DNA of 64,000 nucleotides from Takakia lepidozioides (taxonomy: Eukaryota > Plantae > Bryophyta), in NCBI GenBank assembly GCA_030704615.1, contig CM060734.1, forward strand, positions 23,994,001 through 24,058,000, written 5' to 3'. The notes under the pieces are model-generated. The model saw nothing but the letters and a program-made list of their open reading frames with translations. It did not search any database and was not told the origin of the DNA. Positions 24,937 through 38,890 of this stretch are shown here, piece by piece (position 1 is the stretch's first letter; every line of letters begins with the position of its first letter). A program made the translations under genes and the position numbers.

Positions 24937-25786
24937 CTCGTGCTAAGTACTTTGAGAATCCTCATCCATGACGATGAACGGTGATATTAATGAAGCCGTC
25001 ACAAAAAAGACACATGTCCATTTTATGTTTGCATACGCCAACAACCCAAAACAGCCGCGTTAAGGAACAGCTGTCCCAATTAGGTTACGCTATTTTCACT
25101 GAAAACGTACATTCATGTATCGGACTCGCAAGAGGGAATCCTACGGTTCCAGGGACACTCCCAAAATGACGGAACCGCGCAAGAAAGCGAGTTTGTTCAT
25201 TTTTCTTGTTTATGCACTTAGAGGAAGAGAGGCAGTCAAGCTGGAGAGGGTTCCTTGTTCGGTTCGGAAGAGGAGGAAGTCATTGTATTTTACATCGCTT
25301 TAGAGAGAGGCTGAGATCAAGAGAGCAAATGACGAGGCGTCGCATGCAAGATGGTGCAGCGCTTAGGCAGCATGTGAACTTGGAGACAGGTCAAGCATAA
25401 GAGCATGTGGGAAGTGAGAGTGAGGTCGCCGCAGTCGTAGCGACGGCTGGAGCAGTGAGTGTAGGTAACCAGACAGTGCCAGCCGAGTTCATGCCTGAAG
25501 ACAAGAGAACAGGGGGAGGAGCAGTGGATTCCATACAGGGAGGAAGTCTGCAAACCCTACATCAGACAGAAATGGTGAGCACTCCATATCCACATACTAC
25601 TGTTTTCATTAGTCTTGGTGTTCTCCCTTCCAAGTGGAATTCAATAACATGGTTTATCTTGTGTTCAGACCGATGAAAAAGGGAAGAGGAAAGCAGAAGA
25701 GGGCGATCCGAGCGATGCACCCACGAAGCCAAAGAAGGCGAAGGGATCCGTAAGTTGTCTCAAACGCACTTCTCCCTCTTTGAAAA

Positions 25787-26117
25787 GCGATGATCGGTGG
25801 CGATCATCGCATTACAGAAGAATGTAGTTAGTGTTGTAGTTCAACAGATTCAAGAAGGCAGGCAGGCAAGAAAGTATACGTTTCAAGGCGAAGTGATGAT
25901 CGGTGCCGACCATCACCTTCGCCATTGCTTTATTTAAGCATAGAATGCCAATTTCATTGTGATGCAAGAGTGCCAGGAAACTAAAGTCGCATCTTGCAAT
26001 GACGTAGAAGCAATGATCGGTAGCGATGATCGCTTTAAGGTCCATTCCCTTCTTGTTCAGATCAGTTTGGAAATGGCGTGGTCGTTCAGGAAAGTGATGA
26101 TCGGTGCCGACCATCAC
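25787..26117. repeat. Second cluster of the 24-bp palindrome (4 copies), inverted relative to the 11.2-11.8 kb cluster
   Basis: Copies at 25787, 25893, 26010 and 26094. The flank GGAATGGACC..AAGCGAT matches 11480-11500 on the opposite strand. Confidence 0.9.
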
Positions 26118-26179
26118 ATTCAGATCTCATGGTTTGTGCATCCCACGGCAGTTACAAGTTTGGTTGTAGTTATCTAGTC

Positions 26180-26615
26180 CGCAAAATGAATGAGCACACG
26201 GACCAGCCATAGTCGGTCACAGGGGTCTTGAAGGGTGACTGTTTCTTTGAACTTATTGCCATGCCGATGAACGAACTCTGTGGGAAGCTCCTGGACAAAC
26301 CATAAGGCAAAGATTGGATGGGTCATTGTCATAATCAGATAGGGCGCTGATTCAAAACACATCTACATATGATTAGACTAAAACCGAACTATGTGAATTT
26401 AGAAGCCGCACCAGAGTGTAACGACTACGATGCCTCACGGAGTCTTGTATGAAGCAATTGGAGGTGGTCAGAGTTTGGGTAAATGAGGAAGATCCAGGAT
26501 TGGCTACCTTCTCCCTCGCGATTCCATAGCCTCTACAATCTGTGTTGGTGTTGTTGGTGAAGGTTTTCAAGCGCTTCCTACCTTCGATGTGGCAGCCATC
26601 GTCCATTTTCTTCAT
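26180..26615 (-). pseudogene. B3 DNA-binding domain gene fragment (2 exons)
   Basis: SFTQTLTTSN..RYTL, then an intron, then ELPTEFVHRHGNKFKETVTLQDPCDRLWLVRV. This resembles REM/VRN1-type B3 domains. Confidence 0.65.
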
Positions 26616-27054
26616 TCTTGTGGCACTCTATCCACGATGGCAAGCAAAATTCTCCTCTTTTACTGTTAATATGACGGCTAGGCAAATCATAATTACACAA
26701 TGTTTCACCATGCTCAATGACTTTCCTGCCCAAGTGTTCCAGAGCTCCTTCATCATGATTAGATGTTCACATTTGTAACAACCTACTGATGAAGGACTTC
26801 ACTTCATCCCAGTCATGACTATGCCATCCATCCCAATGGGCTCACAAGGGAACATTTCCACGTGAACCTCAACACCATGAGCCCAACGTAACATAAATGA
26901 GCCAAATGAGTCAAATGAGGATTGACTCTTTCCTTCATCAGATTGTTTCTAAACAATAAACCTTTTGGCGACTTCATATGTTATGGGTTGTGTAGTTTAC
27001 CAGCTCATCAATCATCATCAATCATCAATCATCAAGTCATCAATCATTATCATC

Positions 27055-27600
27055 AATCATCAATCATCACGCAATTGAACACCAAAAGCTTCAACGATCG
27101 TTGGTCTGCCGTGGAGACAGTGCAAAAAACAAGGCAAGCATTCTCTATGCATTCCATCTGCAACCATTCCAGTGGTGAAAAGGGGCATCGGCATGAGATC
27201 ATTTTAGAACATTTGGCCCATTCTTCAACTCGTCATTGTAGAATTGGATATTAAGGAAGTGGCAGATTGCAGGATGCATGCGATACGTGTTTCTAAGGGC
27301 AGACGTGTCATGTACAATATGACATTTCTTCTCCAGTAATTTGGGTACAGCAAAAGTCTTGAATGATAAGATTAATATAGAGTATAATTTTGCGCAAAAA
27401 AATTCTTCTATTGTACGCTCTTGGCACATCTATCAACAAGCATCCACAAGGGTCTTGTGACTGTTTACCAGCATCAATCATCAATCATCACGCAATTGAA
27501 CACCAAAAGCTTCAACGATCGTTGGTCTGCCGTGGAGACAGAGCAAAAAAAAAAGCAAGCATTTTCCATGCATTCCATCTCTAGCCATAGGAGTGATGAA
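27055..27600 (-). pseudogene. Scrambled fragments of a Sen1/UPF1-like SF1 helicase
   Basis: EC(I/M)ENAC..FC.VSTADQRSLKLLVFNCVMIDD (Walker-B-like) occurs twice, at 27055-27160 and 27478-27580. LRNTYRMHPAICHFLNIQFYNDELKNG is at 27205-27300. Confidence 0.8.
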
Positions 27601-27954
27601 GCTGCAGAAGGAGGGAACATGCCATATCCAGGTTCTGAGCTCATAATTTAAAGAAATAGATCTCTGTCAATTCAAAAAACAGCTCGGTGCCAGAATTTCG
27701 TAGTTTTCCGAATCCATTGTTGTGTTTGTTGGAAATCTCTGCAACGTCTTTGCATTCCAGAGTCTGCCGAATTCTGGGTCATGAAGTGGTGCAGAAGGTG
27801 GAATCTGGTGTGGACAACTCCCAAGATTCCTACATCCATTTCAGATAACGAGATTGAGGTACATGTCAGGCCTCAAATCCACAATCCTAGATATTCTAAA
27901 TTATAATACTTATTTAAAATTCATTAAAATTCAATTTAATAAAAAATGGTTCTA

Positions 27955-29564
27955 TTAGTGACTCCCTGGGGGTCGCTACCACTATCAGCGCCTTCCCTGG
28001 GGTCGCTTCAAGTCCAATAACCCGACGCTGTTTACAGCGACCCCTAAGTCGCTGTCAGATTTTTTTGTCCATATTTTTGGGGGTGCTATCAGCGCCTTCC
28101 TTGGGGTCACTTCAAGTCCCTAAACAATAACCCGACGCTGATTAACAGCGACCCATGGGCGGTCGCTGTGAGTTTTTTTGTAAAATATTTTTGGGGTGCT
28201 ATCACCACCTCCTTGGGGGTCGCTACAAGTCCCTACACAACAACCCGACGCTGGTTACCAGCGACCCCATAAGGGTCACTGTTAGATTTTTTTGCAAATA
28301 TTTTTTGGGGTGCTATCAGCGCCTTCCTTGGGGTCGCTTCAAGTCCCTAAACAATAACCCGACGCTGATTAACAGCGACCCATGGGGGGTCGTTGTGAGC
28401 TTTGTTGTAATATGCTATCAGCGCCCTGGGGGTCGCTACAAGTCCCTACTCAATAACCCGACGCTGGTTACCAGCAATCCCTATGGGGACGCTATCAGAT
28501 TTTTTTGCAAATATTTTTTGGGGTGCTATCAGCGCCTTCCTTGGGGTCGCTTCAAGTCTCTAAACAATAACCCGACGCTGATTAACAGTGACCCCCCATC
28601 GGGGGTCGCTGTGAGTTTTTTTAAGAATATTTTTGGGGTGCTACCAGCGCCTCCCTGGGGTCGCTACATGTCCCTACGCTAACCCGAGGCTGTTTAACAG
28701 CGCCCCCTAGGGAGTCGGTGGCTGATTTTTCTTTTTCTTTTTTTAATATATTTGTGTGGGGTGCTACCAGCGACTCCCTGGGAGTCGGTTCTAGTTCCCA
28801 AATATTTTACCGGGGGTGTTTAACAGCGACCACGAGGGGGTCGTAGGTTTTTTTTTTCTTTCACCATGTTTTCTGGGGTAGCACTAGCGACGCCCGGGCG
28901 GTCGCTGCCAGTTTTATTTGGGTTTCAAGATAACCCGACGGTGTTTGGCAGCGACGCGTAGGGGGTCGGATCCTGTTGTTTGTCCTAAAATTTATTGGGG
29001 TGCGCGTAGCGACTCCTTAGGGGTCGTAGTAAGCTGTTTAGTTTTTTGTTAATAGCGGCTGGAGTGAAGTCGGTTTTATACTAACGTCCATTCAAGGGTT
29101 GCTTACGGGTTTCCTGCTCAAAAACCAGACTTTAACTTGAGATTAAACAATTAAAAATAAAAACCAGAAATTTAATAATCAAATTTGATAGTTAAAGCAA
29201 CGCCTAGGACGATGGTAGACAGTTATAAAGATATATTTTGTTGCCCCGGAGGTCGTTTGGGGGCCAAAAACCCTAATCCGACCTCAGAGGGGTCGGTAGA
29301 GGACCGACTGCATGGGCGTCGTAGTAAGAAACCGACGGGAATTCACTCCCGCGGATGTAGCGACGCCAGGGAAGTCGGTCCAAATGACTTAGTCATTTTG
29401 GGATCCTCTATTTTTCAGGGATTTCACTATAGCGACCTCTCAGGGGTCGGTAGCATAGTAACCCCTACATAGCGACCCTCGGGGTGTTGCTAATAAGTGG
29501 CGTCGCACGGTCCCGCTCGCGCCGGGCTGTGGGCGTCGTAAAACCCCCCCTTTTTGCAGTAGTG
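27955..29564. mobile_element. CACTA (En/Spm) element terminus with subterminal repeat array
   Basis: Ends AAAACCCCCCTTTTTGCAGTAGTG (reverse complement CACTACTGCAAAAAGGGG) at 29564. It is preceded by dozens of GGGGTCGCT/AGCGACCC motifs in units of about 115 bp. Confidence 0.88.
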
Positions 29565-29569
29565 TTAAT

Positions 29570-30134
29570 ACATTTGGACTCCCCCCCTGTTGCTACCCAG
29601 CGCTGTCCAAAGCCCTTCAAAACTCAAAACATTCCCCGTATATTATCTCATCATCTCCCTCATCATCGTCATCTCTCCTATCCCAGATTAATGCAATGAA
29701 TATTTCAATTCTCACTCAGACTCCCACATCACTCCCTCTTACTCAAATTACAAGAACTACCCCCGCTCCCTCATAAATACTTGGCCCCCCCTCACTACTT
29801 ATTTGAACTTCACACATCACTAAATCTTCTACAATCCAAACCAAGTGTAGTACGTAAAATTATTGGGGAACACTTAGCTACATTGACCACGCCCGACCAC
29901 GCCCACCACACCATCACCAATAAATTTCTTTCCCTTTCCAACAACATCCTCACTGCCACACTTAGCACCATCACTCCCCTGCCAGGTTACAAACCCCCAC
30001 CACCCATTCCACCCCAAACTATGGTACCCACACCTGCCCCTCCCCCCGACCAATCTCCCACATCCCATCAACTACACTAGTGCACTCAATATCACCTCTT
30101 GGAACGTAGGATCCCTGGCCGCCAATATCCAACA
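29570..30134 (+). mobile_element. LINE fragment running into the start of an AP endonuclease
   Basis: Homolog of 402..920, followed by ALNITSWNVGSLAANI. Interrupted by the dispersed repeat at 30135. Confidence 0.55.
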
Positions 30135-30885
30135 GGCTTGCACCGTTCTCGGGGTTACTACTCCATATATATACTTCTGTAGGTGTCCGCGGTGGTTCCA
30201 CAAGTAGCCAAGTCCAAATCTGGTGCACCACCACTTAGACCCTCGATCGTCCCTATGATGAGCCGCAGTGAGTCTTGGCCCACCCACCACGGCCCCAAAT
30301 GGACCGTGATGAGTCCCAAGACTCCCCACGATTCCCACCACAAGGCCTCAGCCTCATGGTGAGTCCTATGCCACCCCCACTACGACTCCCTATGCTACCA
30401 CCACCCCTCGTGGAGCCCCCACCACCGCCACCCGGTTTGCGGGGCTTCACCTAGTGAGCGCCTCCGCCTCCTTGAGTGCCTTCGGCATTCAAGGGTGCTT
30501 CAGCCCCCTTCCTATTTGCTGCCACTGCCCCCACCACAGGGGCAACCCCTCTTGTGTCCCGACCCCCCGCCCTTAAGGCAAAGGGCCGCGACACACACCC
30601 CTACCAATGAGGAGTCGATGTCCTCATCGACTTGTCTTTTTTTGTGGAAACTAACATCCAAGCTGTGGCGTCCCACATCAAGGAGTTTGTTTCCGTACCA
30701 TGGCGTCCCATGGCAAAGAACCAAACCCTCACTTGACTCTACTCTCCACTAGCTAGTTTGGCCGACTTCCTCCAAGTCCCGGCAAGGGTGGAGCCTCTCA
30801 AGCTTCACCCAGTGCATTCTTCTTGACCCACTTCTAGGTCAAGGAACAATCCTCCTTGAGGATTGAATCGCCTTACTGCAACAAC
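30135..30885. repeat. Dispersed ~750-bp repeat, copy 2
   Basis: Homologous to 21521-22275. Confidence 0.9.
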
Positions 30886-30889
30886 ATTC

Positions 30890-33800
30890 TATGGCTGTCA
30901 CAAGAACTGATCGTAGTGAAAGGGGGTTATGGCAGTTATTGGGGGGACCAAGTCTGGGTATATTTGTTAGGAAGGTGAGGGCTGTATAGAGTAGATCTTG
31001 AGTGTTGTGGGTGCCATATGGCTGCCATTGTGTGCAAGGGTGTAATGTGAAGATGAAGGTGTCATCATGAGTTTGGTTATTTTGTGGATGAGAGGTGTTG
31101 TTGGAGCAAGTGAGTAACATAATTGAGATGGTCAGGGTATAAGGTGTGTAGTAGGGGTTGCCTGGTTTGGGTGTGATCATTGGGGGTAGAGTTATACACA
31201 TCTTGGGTAGGGAATGGATGTATCCAAGTAAATGGTGATATGGTGTTTGATATTTGTGGTTAGTCGGTTGATGAATTGGATGTTTGTATTGCAGGGATGC
31301 TGGAGGTCCCTCAGTGAGGTGTAGCCTGGGCAGGAGGGAGCACATCAGTTTGACGCATAAGTTTTGTGAGGGGTAGTGGTATTTGGGGGGGTCTATGGTG
31401 AATTTGTGTAGGAGGTCTGTGAGGTGGGGGCATATGTTGATAAGGGTGATCTGGGTGGGTGTGGTATTGGACAGATTTTGGAGGGGTGGCCAGAGGCGGG
31501 CTTGATGGGCTGGTCTGGTAAGTATTTGCATTTGATTGATGTGTTTGTGATAGTCCTGGCTGGGACATTTTAAAGTGTGCACATTGAGAGCTATAAACGG
31601 GGGTGTGCCCTTCGGGTAATGGTTAACATGAATACTGTAGTAGCTTGACGAATAAGAGCTTTGGATATTTTGGACGTGGAGCCTGAGTAGCAGTGCAGGC
31701 CCATCTTGGGATATAGACAATTTTGTGAATACTTGATTATCAGAGAAAATGATTGAGAGAAGGATGCCATCACAGGGAAGTGTGGCGTAGTGAATCATGT
31801 TTCCAGAGTAAAGGTATGTTGCTGGCAGAAGATAATTGAAGAGGGCATGTTTGGGACGTGGAAAGCAGGTCAGCCAGCACCACAAAAAGCAGTGTGGGTG
31901 GATTGACAGAGAACATGAAATGGAGGTCCCACGAGGTGGGATAATTCTGCCTTGGCCAGCAAACATGCAAAGTGAACTTGAATTGGGGCGGATGTTCCTT
32001 TGGTGTGTCCACTGTGGGCTCTCACATCTGGCTCCTGCCGGATCCAGGGTTGTTAGTTGGCCACAGGGGGCATGAATATCTCTGCCATGTAGTGATTTGA
32101 CTGAGCTCCAGGCGAGCTCGTTTGGGGATAGTGAGAACGAGTATATAATGTCACTGCAGGGTAAAAACACAAAGAGAGGTTAGAGGCAAGTTCATGAGTG
32201 CAACATGATTGTAGAAGGGGCATCAAAGGAGATTGTAAATCAGGAAACTGCTGGTGCATATAACTGTAAAAGCAATGGAAGGGGTGGGGAGCATAGAGGG
32301 CTTGCACCTGTTTTTCATGCGGGATGTCAGATCTGTGTTGGTGGCTGGTGTGACAATTGAGACAGTTTCCTTGTCAACATTTAACCAACGGAGTGGAGGT
32401 AGGGACTGGGAAATCTTGTTTAGAATTGTGTAGATGTAGTCTCTGACTTGATGTGTGGACATGATATATAAGGCCCGGGGGGTGTCCCATGAGGGGTACC
32501 TGATGAGCTGGGGCCTTATGCTGGCATGAGTGTGTTTGCAGATCTGCCTGCAGCTACATACGGAGTTCTCGTCATGCCAGAGTGAGTGGGTTGACTGATA
32601 CAGATGGGTGGACGAAATGAGCAGCAAGGTGCAACAGTGGAGGGTAGAGGGATACGACATAACCAGACATACACTGGTCATGCCTAACATAGAGTGAAGT
32701 GAGTGGTGTGGTTGAAATCTGCAGGCATCTTGGTGTATGGGAAGAGAGATAGAGAATTGGGGGTAGGATCTTAGGGGTAGATGATATGAAGGGGGGGCAT
32801 GGGTTTTTCTAGAGATAGTGGATGGCGGCGTAGTGGATGTTGGGAGGGTGTCCCAAGAACATCTCTCAGAGATAGTGAGATATGAGGCAATATACAGGGA
32901 GGGAAGGGTGAGTGGGGGGAAAGAGGGGGGAGATCTGTTGTGGCTTGTGAAGTGAACATGTAATGACCCTGAACTGTGATGTAACATATATATTGACTCC
33001 ATAGACTGGTAAGAGTAGATAGTGGAGTGAGTACACCTGAATCTGTAGCAGAAGGTTCAATGGTGCCATTTGGGGGTGGGTTGTTGATACCATGCGTCGT
33101 TTATGCCCTTGCGCAGATGGGGATGATCACGTGGGCACGGGATTGCCCTCCACCAGCAGCAGGGGGTGGTGGCGTTTGTAATTTCGAGTCTTGGCTGGTC
33201 CGGAATCCAGCAGCATTCAGTAGGGTGACAGTCTTGTAAGAACATTCGGGCAGCTGCATCAGCCTTGATGCGATTATGTAGTTGTATCCCCTAGACCCCG
33301 CTAGCACTCCTTGCCTCCAGGGGTCTGTCATAGTGCTAGATTGACTTGGTGGTGTGGAGTTTAGAACCTGTGTGGTGATGCGATTGGGGTGTGTCAAAGT
33401 CGATTTAGACGAGAAGTGGGTGACTGGGACCTTGATGATCGTTAGCTGCAACGGTTGGTAGCCGGTTCGCATGTGGCGAAGTAGCTGTACTTTTGAGGTC
33501 GATAGCTGAAGCATCATAGTGGTCGCTTGTGATGTATGTAGATTAGCCTTCCACTCGTGATGAGTGGTACCGGAGGTGTGGTGCTCCTGCATAGAGTTTG
33601 TCCCCGGACTTGGGCTGATATGAAGGTGATGGAACGTCGCCTTTTGGAGGCACGGGCTGGCCTGGGCATTCGTAATGAGCAGCAGATTAAGTAGAATCCG
33701 TGTAAAAAGAGAGACACGATGGAAAATGTGTATACCATTATGCTCGCGCTGAGATGGGTAGAGTGCAAATCGCCTGTTGCAGACGGAGTCTTCTAGGATA

Positions 33801-34160
33801 GGCATGCGTGTACTCTGTTGGAGTGGTAACAATGTGGCTAGAAACGCCTTGCTTGCACCAAAATCTGCGTGTTAAGATCGTCTTCACATGGTATGCTTGA
33901 GAGTGATAGAGGGGGTGTTGACGGGGGCGGGGCAGAGAGAGCAAACATAACACGGAAAGCAACGAAAAAGCTATGGCGGCTGAGGAGCTCGCTACGTCCA
34001 CGATAGTCATGGCTAGAGTGGCGGCAGCGCCAGCTTGCGAAGTGGATAGGGTAAAAAGAGAGCAGAGATAGCCGAACCCTAAAAAGATAACCATGACTAA
34101 AGACATAGCTAGATCACGAAGGGGGGAGGCGGAGCTCCGCCTCCCATCGCTTAGACCCCT
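30890..34160 (-). mobile_element. Degenerate LINE-like 5' portion (C-rich coding strand)
   Basis: Long Pro/His/Thr-rich broken ORFs. The 5' end (GGAGCTCCGCC..TAGTCATGGTTATCTT.TAGGGTTC) is shared with 55260-55340 on the + strand. No catalytic motif was confirmed. Confidence 0.4.
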
Positions 34161-34309
34161 CGCTTCATGGTTGGGAATTGCTCCATTTGCATCCAAAAAA
34201 TATATGTACAGTGGCACATTCAGCCTAAAACCTAAACCCTAATCACCAATCCCTACCGGTGCCACAATAGGGGCCACGATATACATGTACATGACTAATC
34301 ACCATCCCC

Positions 34310-36166
34310 TAGTACAAGTTTCCTCGGCGGCCGCGGGAGTGACGTTTGTAACGTTTGGCAAACTCCCTCCACTCCCGATTTCCTTTCTCATCCCAAGCCT
34401 TATCAGATAACTCATAAGAGGCGAGCAACTCTCAACCGGCGGGAATCGTACTACATGCACATGTCATAACAAAATTTGATATCGATTGTGCTAGCCTAAC
34501 ATCCCCGTCATGTCGCTCATCCCACAATACATTGGTCATTTTAGGTTTACCAATTGAATTGTTGATGAACCCTGCAACATTCTCGAACACATCGGGATCT
34601 CCGTCACATATGACCCTTGTTCCAGGGTCCAACACCCGATTGAAGACATCGAGGTCATTGACACAAAGACCATAAGGTCTCACCCAAGGGGCTGCCTGTC
34701 GCATCTGATCCCAGTGGAAAATCATGTAGTATGGGCCAAAGTAGAGAAATAAGTCCACTATCTGCCCTCTCCCTGGAGGAACCACAATATCCTCCATTGC
34801 AAATAGTCCACGACCCATGGAAGGGTTGGTGGCGGCTCTCACACAATATCGTCGACCCCAAAACTGAAATGGTTGGCCTTGAGGAATTAGGACCGGAGGC
34901 ACTAGTGCACGCCAAAGGCTAGGCATGAATGGTGTCTGCAACATTGTCCTATACTCCTTGTCAGTAACCCTAGGATCATCGGGCCGTCGTACCTCAAGTA
35001 CCGGTGGTGGCCTACACCTCCTAGGGGTCCGGGTGGGACGTGCACATGACACAGCTATGAGGGCCTGAGATTGGGAAGGAGCAGCTGTCCGGATATGTTG
35101 GGGTGACTGGTGATGTGAACTAGGAGGTGGAGTGGTATGTGACTGATCGGGTGAGCAGCTGGGAGGTGATTGCCCACGGGGTGGACTCGAAAGTAGATGT
35201 GACTCGTGGGCTGCTGTACTAGTGCAAACTGGATGTGATAGAGGTGACCCATGGGCCGGTGCAATACTAGTGCAAAGTGGAGGTGGTAGAGGTGACTCAT
35301 GGATTGGTGGAGTGATGCAAAGTGGAGGTGGTGCAGGTGACTCCGCATGGGCCGGTGTACTAGTGCAAACTGGACGAGGAGGAGATACAGATGGATGAGG
35401 ATCAGAAGGTGGAGGAGGTGGAGCTGGACTAGTACAACTAGAGCGTACTGATGATGGACGTGGAATATCAACATCATGAGGAGGCGCCGGTGCAAGCGGT
35501 GGCCGGCTGCGCGCTCGGCGACCAAATAATCGAAGGGCGTAGGGTAAGCCCCTCGTCTCACGGATCCTATCTATGTCAACCTGAGGGAAAAAACAAAGTC
35601 ACATCCGGCAATGGATGGTCCACCTCCAACTCATCACATATATGTGTTGGAGGGCAACGACTCGTGGCTGCACGTAATATATAATTCATACAATTAGTTT
35701 GTTGTTTACTCATATATTCAACCACAGTAACTTCCATATAGTATCAATTACAAGTCATTTTTAAATAAACGAGTACTTCCAACAAACGTACGTCCTTATA
35801 TACTAGCACAAATAATGTTACAACAATGGGTTATAGAAGGCTCACCCATGCCGCATCGGCAATCCCCCATGTCTAATAGTGTTCATCCACAATATGATCA
35901 TGCCGCAACACAGGAACACCTCCAAGTGCCACTCGTGCCCAACACCGCTCGCACCAACACTCCACCCGAGGGGATTTGTCCAAAGTGGCTCGATCAGGGC
36001 CTCGTGGCTCTGGACTAAGAGGCCTAGGACCTCGAGGTGGCAAGTTGGGACGTGGAACGGGATGCTTGAGGCCTTGTGCATGAATCACGTGAACATCTCC
36101 AGGTACGTCCGCCAACCGCTCATCCCTACATCTTCGGCGTCTTGAAAGAGGTGGAGGTATAATCAT
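34310..36166 (-). pseudogene. SET-domain protein gene in CACTA-family DNA: N-terminal CxCxxC motif, Pro-rich linker, SET
   Basis: Exon 36166-35846 (VECWCERCW..H..WG, GTGAG donor). Exon 35580-34310 (polypyrimidine-CAG acceptor) has a continuous frame to MGRGLFAMEDI..CDGDP..NVAGFINNS..TIPAG*ELLASY. Two in-frame stops. Confidence 0.8.
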
Positions 36167-36319
36167 CCTCCATGATTGGCCGAGCCCGTGAGCGTACCAT
36201 CACCTATAAAAAAAATCCAAAAACCTCACAATTGAAATTGCACATCCAACTGATATATAAATTATATGAAACAGGACATCATGCTTTCAAAAAAGCTCCA
36301 ACCCCCAGGAATACCGTGC

Positions 36320-36755
36320 GACAGGAAATGGGTGCCCACAGCATCCGGCACCAAAAACTTCTAAGTCCCCGGAAGCGACCTCCAGGGGGTCGTTTCTAGA
36401 AAGCAACGGGAAATGGGTGCCCACAACATCCGGCATTACTAAAACCACCAAGTCCCCAAAAGCAACCTCCAGGGGGTCGCATATAGAAAACGACTGAAAT
36501 GGGTGCCCACACTAGCTAGCATCCGGCTCTAAAAACTACCAAGTCCCCGGAAGCGACCTCCAGGGGGTCGCTTATAGAAAGCGACGGGAAATGGGTGCCC
36601 ACACTAGCTAGCATCCGGCTCTAAAACTACTAAGTCCCCAGAAGCGATCTCCAAGGGGTCGGTTATAAAAAGCGACGGGAAATGGGTGCACACTAAAAAC
36701 TTCTAAGTCCCCGGAAGCGACCTCCAGGGGGTCGCAACTACACAACGACGGGATT
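36320..36755. repeat. Tandem ~85-bp units with CACTA-type inverted motif AGCGACCTCCAGGGGGTCG
   Basis: Five units of GAAATGGGTGCCCAC..AAGTCCCCGGAAGCGACCTCCAGGGGGTCG. The core matches 27955-29564 and 41900-42256. Confidence 0.85.
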
Positions 36756-37289
36756 CTTTTACTAATTTTGATTTGTTTGATTACCGTCGTTAATTAAAAA
36801 AAAATCAAAATCGTCAAGCGACCTCCTTCTCTCTCTCACGGCCCAGCTTCATCTCCCTCTCCTCTTCACTCAGCTTGCAAGGTAGAGATTTCAACAAGAG
36901 GGTGAGAGGTGCGGAGGTCACCTCGTCGTGGGGGAGCTCGGAGGAAGGTGCGCTTCGTGCACTTGCTTTTTGCCGCGGCAATGGAGTCTCCCAAGCTCCG
37001 ACGTTGAGCTGCTCGCCCTCGGCCGTGCGTCTTCCGGAGGTGAGCTAGGGATCCCTTCTCTTTCGTTTACCTTGCTTTCCTTGCACCTTCAAACCCTCCC
37101 CTATGTCTTCATTTTCCTCGCAAGGCGAGCTCGCCGATTCCAGCTCCCCCACCTCTGTCGGTCTGTTAACTCGCCGGAGCCGCTGCCCATGTGTGTGTAT
37201 GTGTTGCAGGGTAGGTCACCGGAGCTGGGCTCGCTCACCCTCGGCTGTCCTTCCCCGGTAAGCACCCCACAGCCACCCCGCCCGAGCTT

Positions 37290-38890
37290 GGTTTTTGAAT
37301 TTGGGTGATGGCACCCTCTCATTCTCTCACACTACCTCTTGGTCAAGCAATTCGCAGCAATGGGGAGCTGGCCACATTGGTGCGCGCAGCCACACCAGCC
37401 CACTTGGGTTTTTTTTTTTTGCATGATGGCAGGCACCCTTTCTATCGCGCATGCTCTCTATCAAGCAATTCGCAGCAACAAGGGTCTGGCCGCATTGGTG
37501 CGCGCAGCCACACTAGCCAACTTGGGTTTTTTTTTTTTTTCAAATTTGGGTGATGGCAGGCACCCTCTCTATCACGCATGCTCTCTGTCAAGCAATTTGC
37601 AGCAGGGGGGGGGCTGGCCGCATTGGTGCGCACAGCCACACCAGCCCACTTGGGGTTTTTTTTTCCAAATTTGGGTGATGGCATACAGCAATTCGCAGCA
37701 ATGGGGGGGATGGTCGCGATGCTGCGCGCAAGTACCCCAGCCCACATGGGCAATTTTTTTTGGATTTTGGGTGATGCAGGCACCCTCTCGCTCTCCCTCA
37801 CCACCTCCGTGCAACAATTCGCAACAACAGGGGGGCTAGCGCAGCCACCCTAGCCCACATGGGTTTTTTTTTTTTTTTGTTGAGTGATGCAGGCACCCTC
37901 TCTCTCTTCCTCACCACCTTTGTGCAGCAATTCGCAGCAAGGGGGGGCAATTTGCAGCCACCCCAGCCCACATGGGTTTTTTTTTTTTTGATTTTGGGTG
38001 ATGCACACACGCTCTCTCTCTCTCCCTCACCACCTCTGTGCAGCAATTCACAGCAACAAGGGAGCTGGCGCAGCCACCCCAATTTATTTATTTTTTTTAA
38101 AATTTCGGGTGAAGCAGGCACCCTCTCTCTCTCCCTCACCACCTCTGTGTAGCAATTCGCAGCAACAGGGGGGCTGACGCAGCCACCCCAACCCACATGG
38201 TTTTTTTTTTTTTTTTTTCGATTTTGGGTGATGCAGGTACCCTCTCTGTCTCCCTCACCACCTCTATCAAGCAATTCACAGCAAGGGGGGGCCTAGCCGC
38301 ACTGGTGTGCGCAGGCACCCCACCCCATATGGGCTTTTTATTTATTTATTTTTGGTGATGCAGGCTCCCCCTCTCTCTCCCTCACCATCTCTGTGCAGCA
38401 ATTCGCAGCAAAGGGGGGTTGGCCGCGCAGGCACCCCAGTCCGCATGGGTTTTTTTTTTATAAAAATTGGGTGATTTGGGTGATGCAGGCACCGTCTCTC
38501 TCTCCCTCACCATCTCTGTCAAGCAATTCGCAGCAACAGGGGGGCTGGCCGCGCTGGTGCGCGCAGGCACCCCAGCCCACATGGGTTTTTCTTTTAGTTT
38601 TATTTTGGGTGATGTAGGCACCCCTCTCTCTCCCTCACCATCTCTGTCAAGCAATTCGCAGCAATGGGGGGGCTGGCCGCGCTGGTGCGCGCAGGCACCC
38701 CTGCCCACATGGGTTTTTTTTAAAAAAAATTTGGGTGATGCAGGCACCCTCTCTCTGCCTCACCATCTCTGTCAAGCAATTCGCAGCAATGGGGGGCTGC
38801 CCCCGCTGGTGCGCGGAGGCACCCCAGCCCACATGGGCTTCTTTTTCTGATTTTGGGTTGATGCAGACACCCTCTCCATCTGTCTCTCTC
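37290..38890. repeat. Tandem repeat of about 115-130 bp, about 13 units
   Basis: Unit GGGTGATGCAGGCACCCTCTCT..CAATTCGCAGCAA..CCCAGCCCACATGGG-poly(T). Confidence 0.92.

Noticed and set aside
28155-28682. 175-aa repetitive ORF
   Set aside because: It is a translation of CACTA subterminal repeats.
34226-34243. Interstitial telomere repeat
   Set aside because: Only about two imperfect AAACCCT units.
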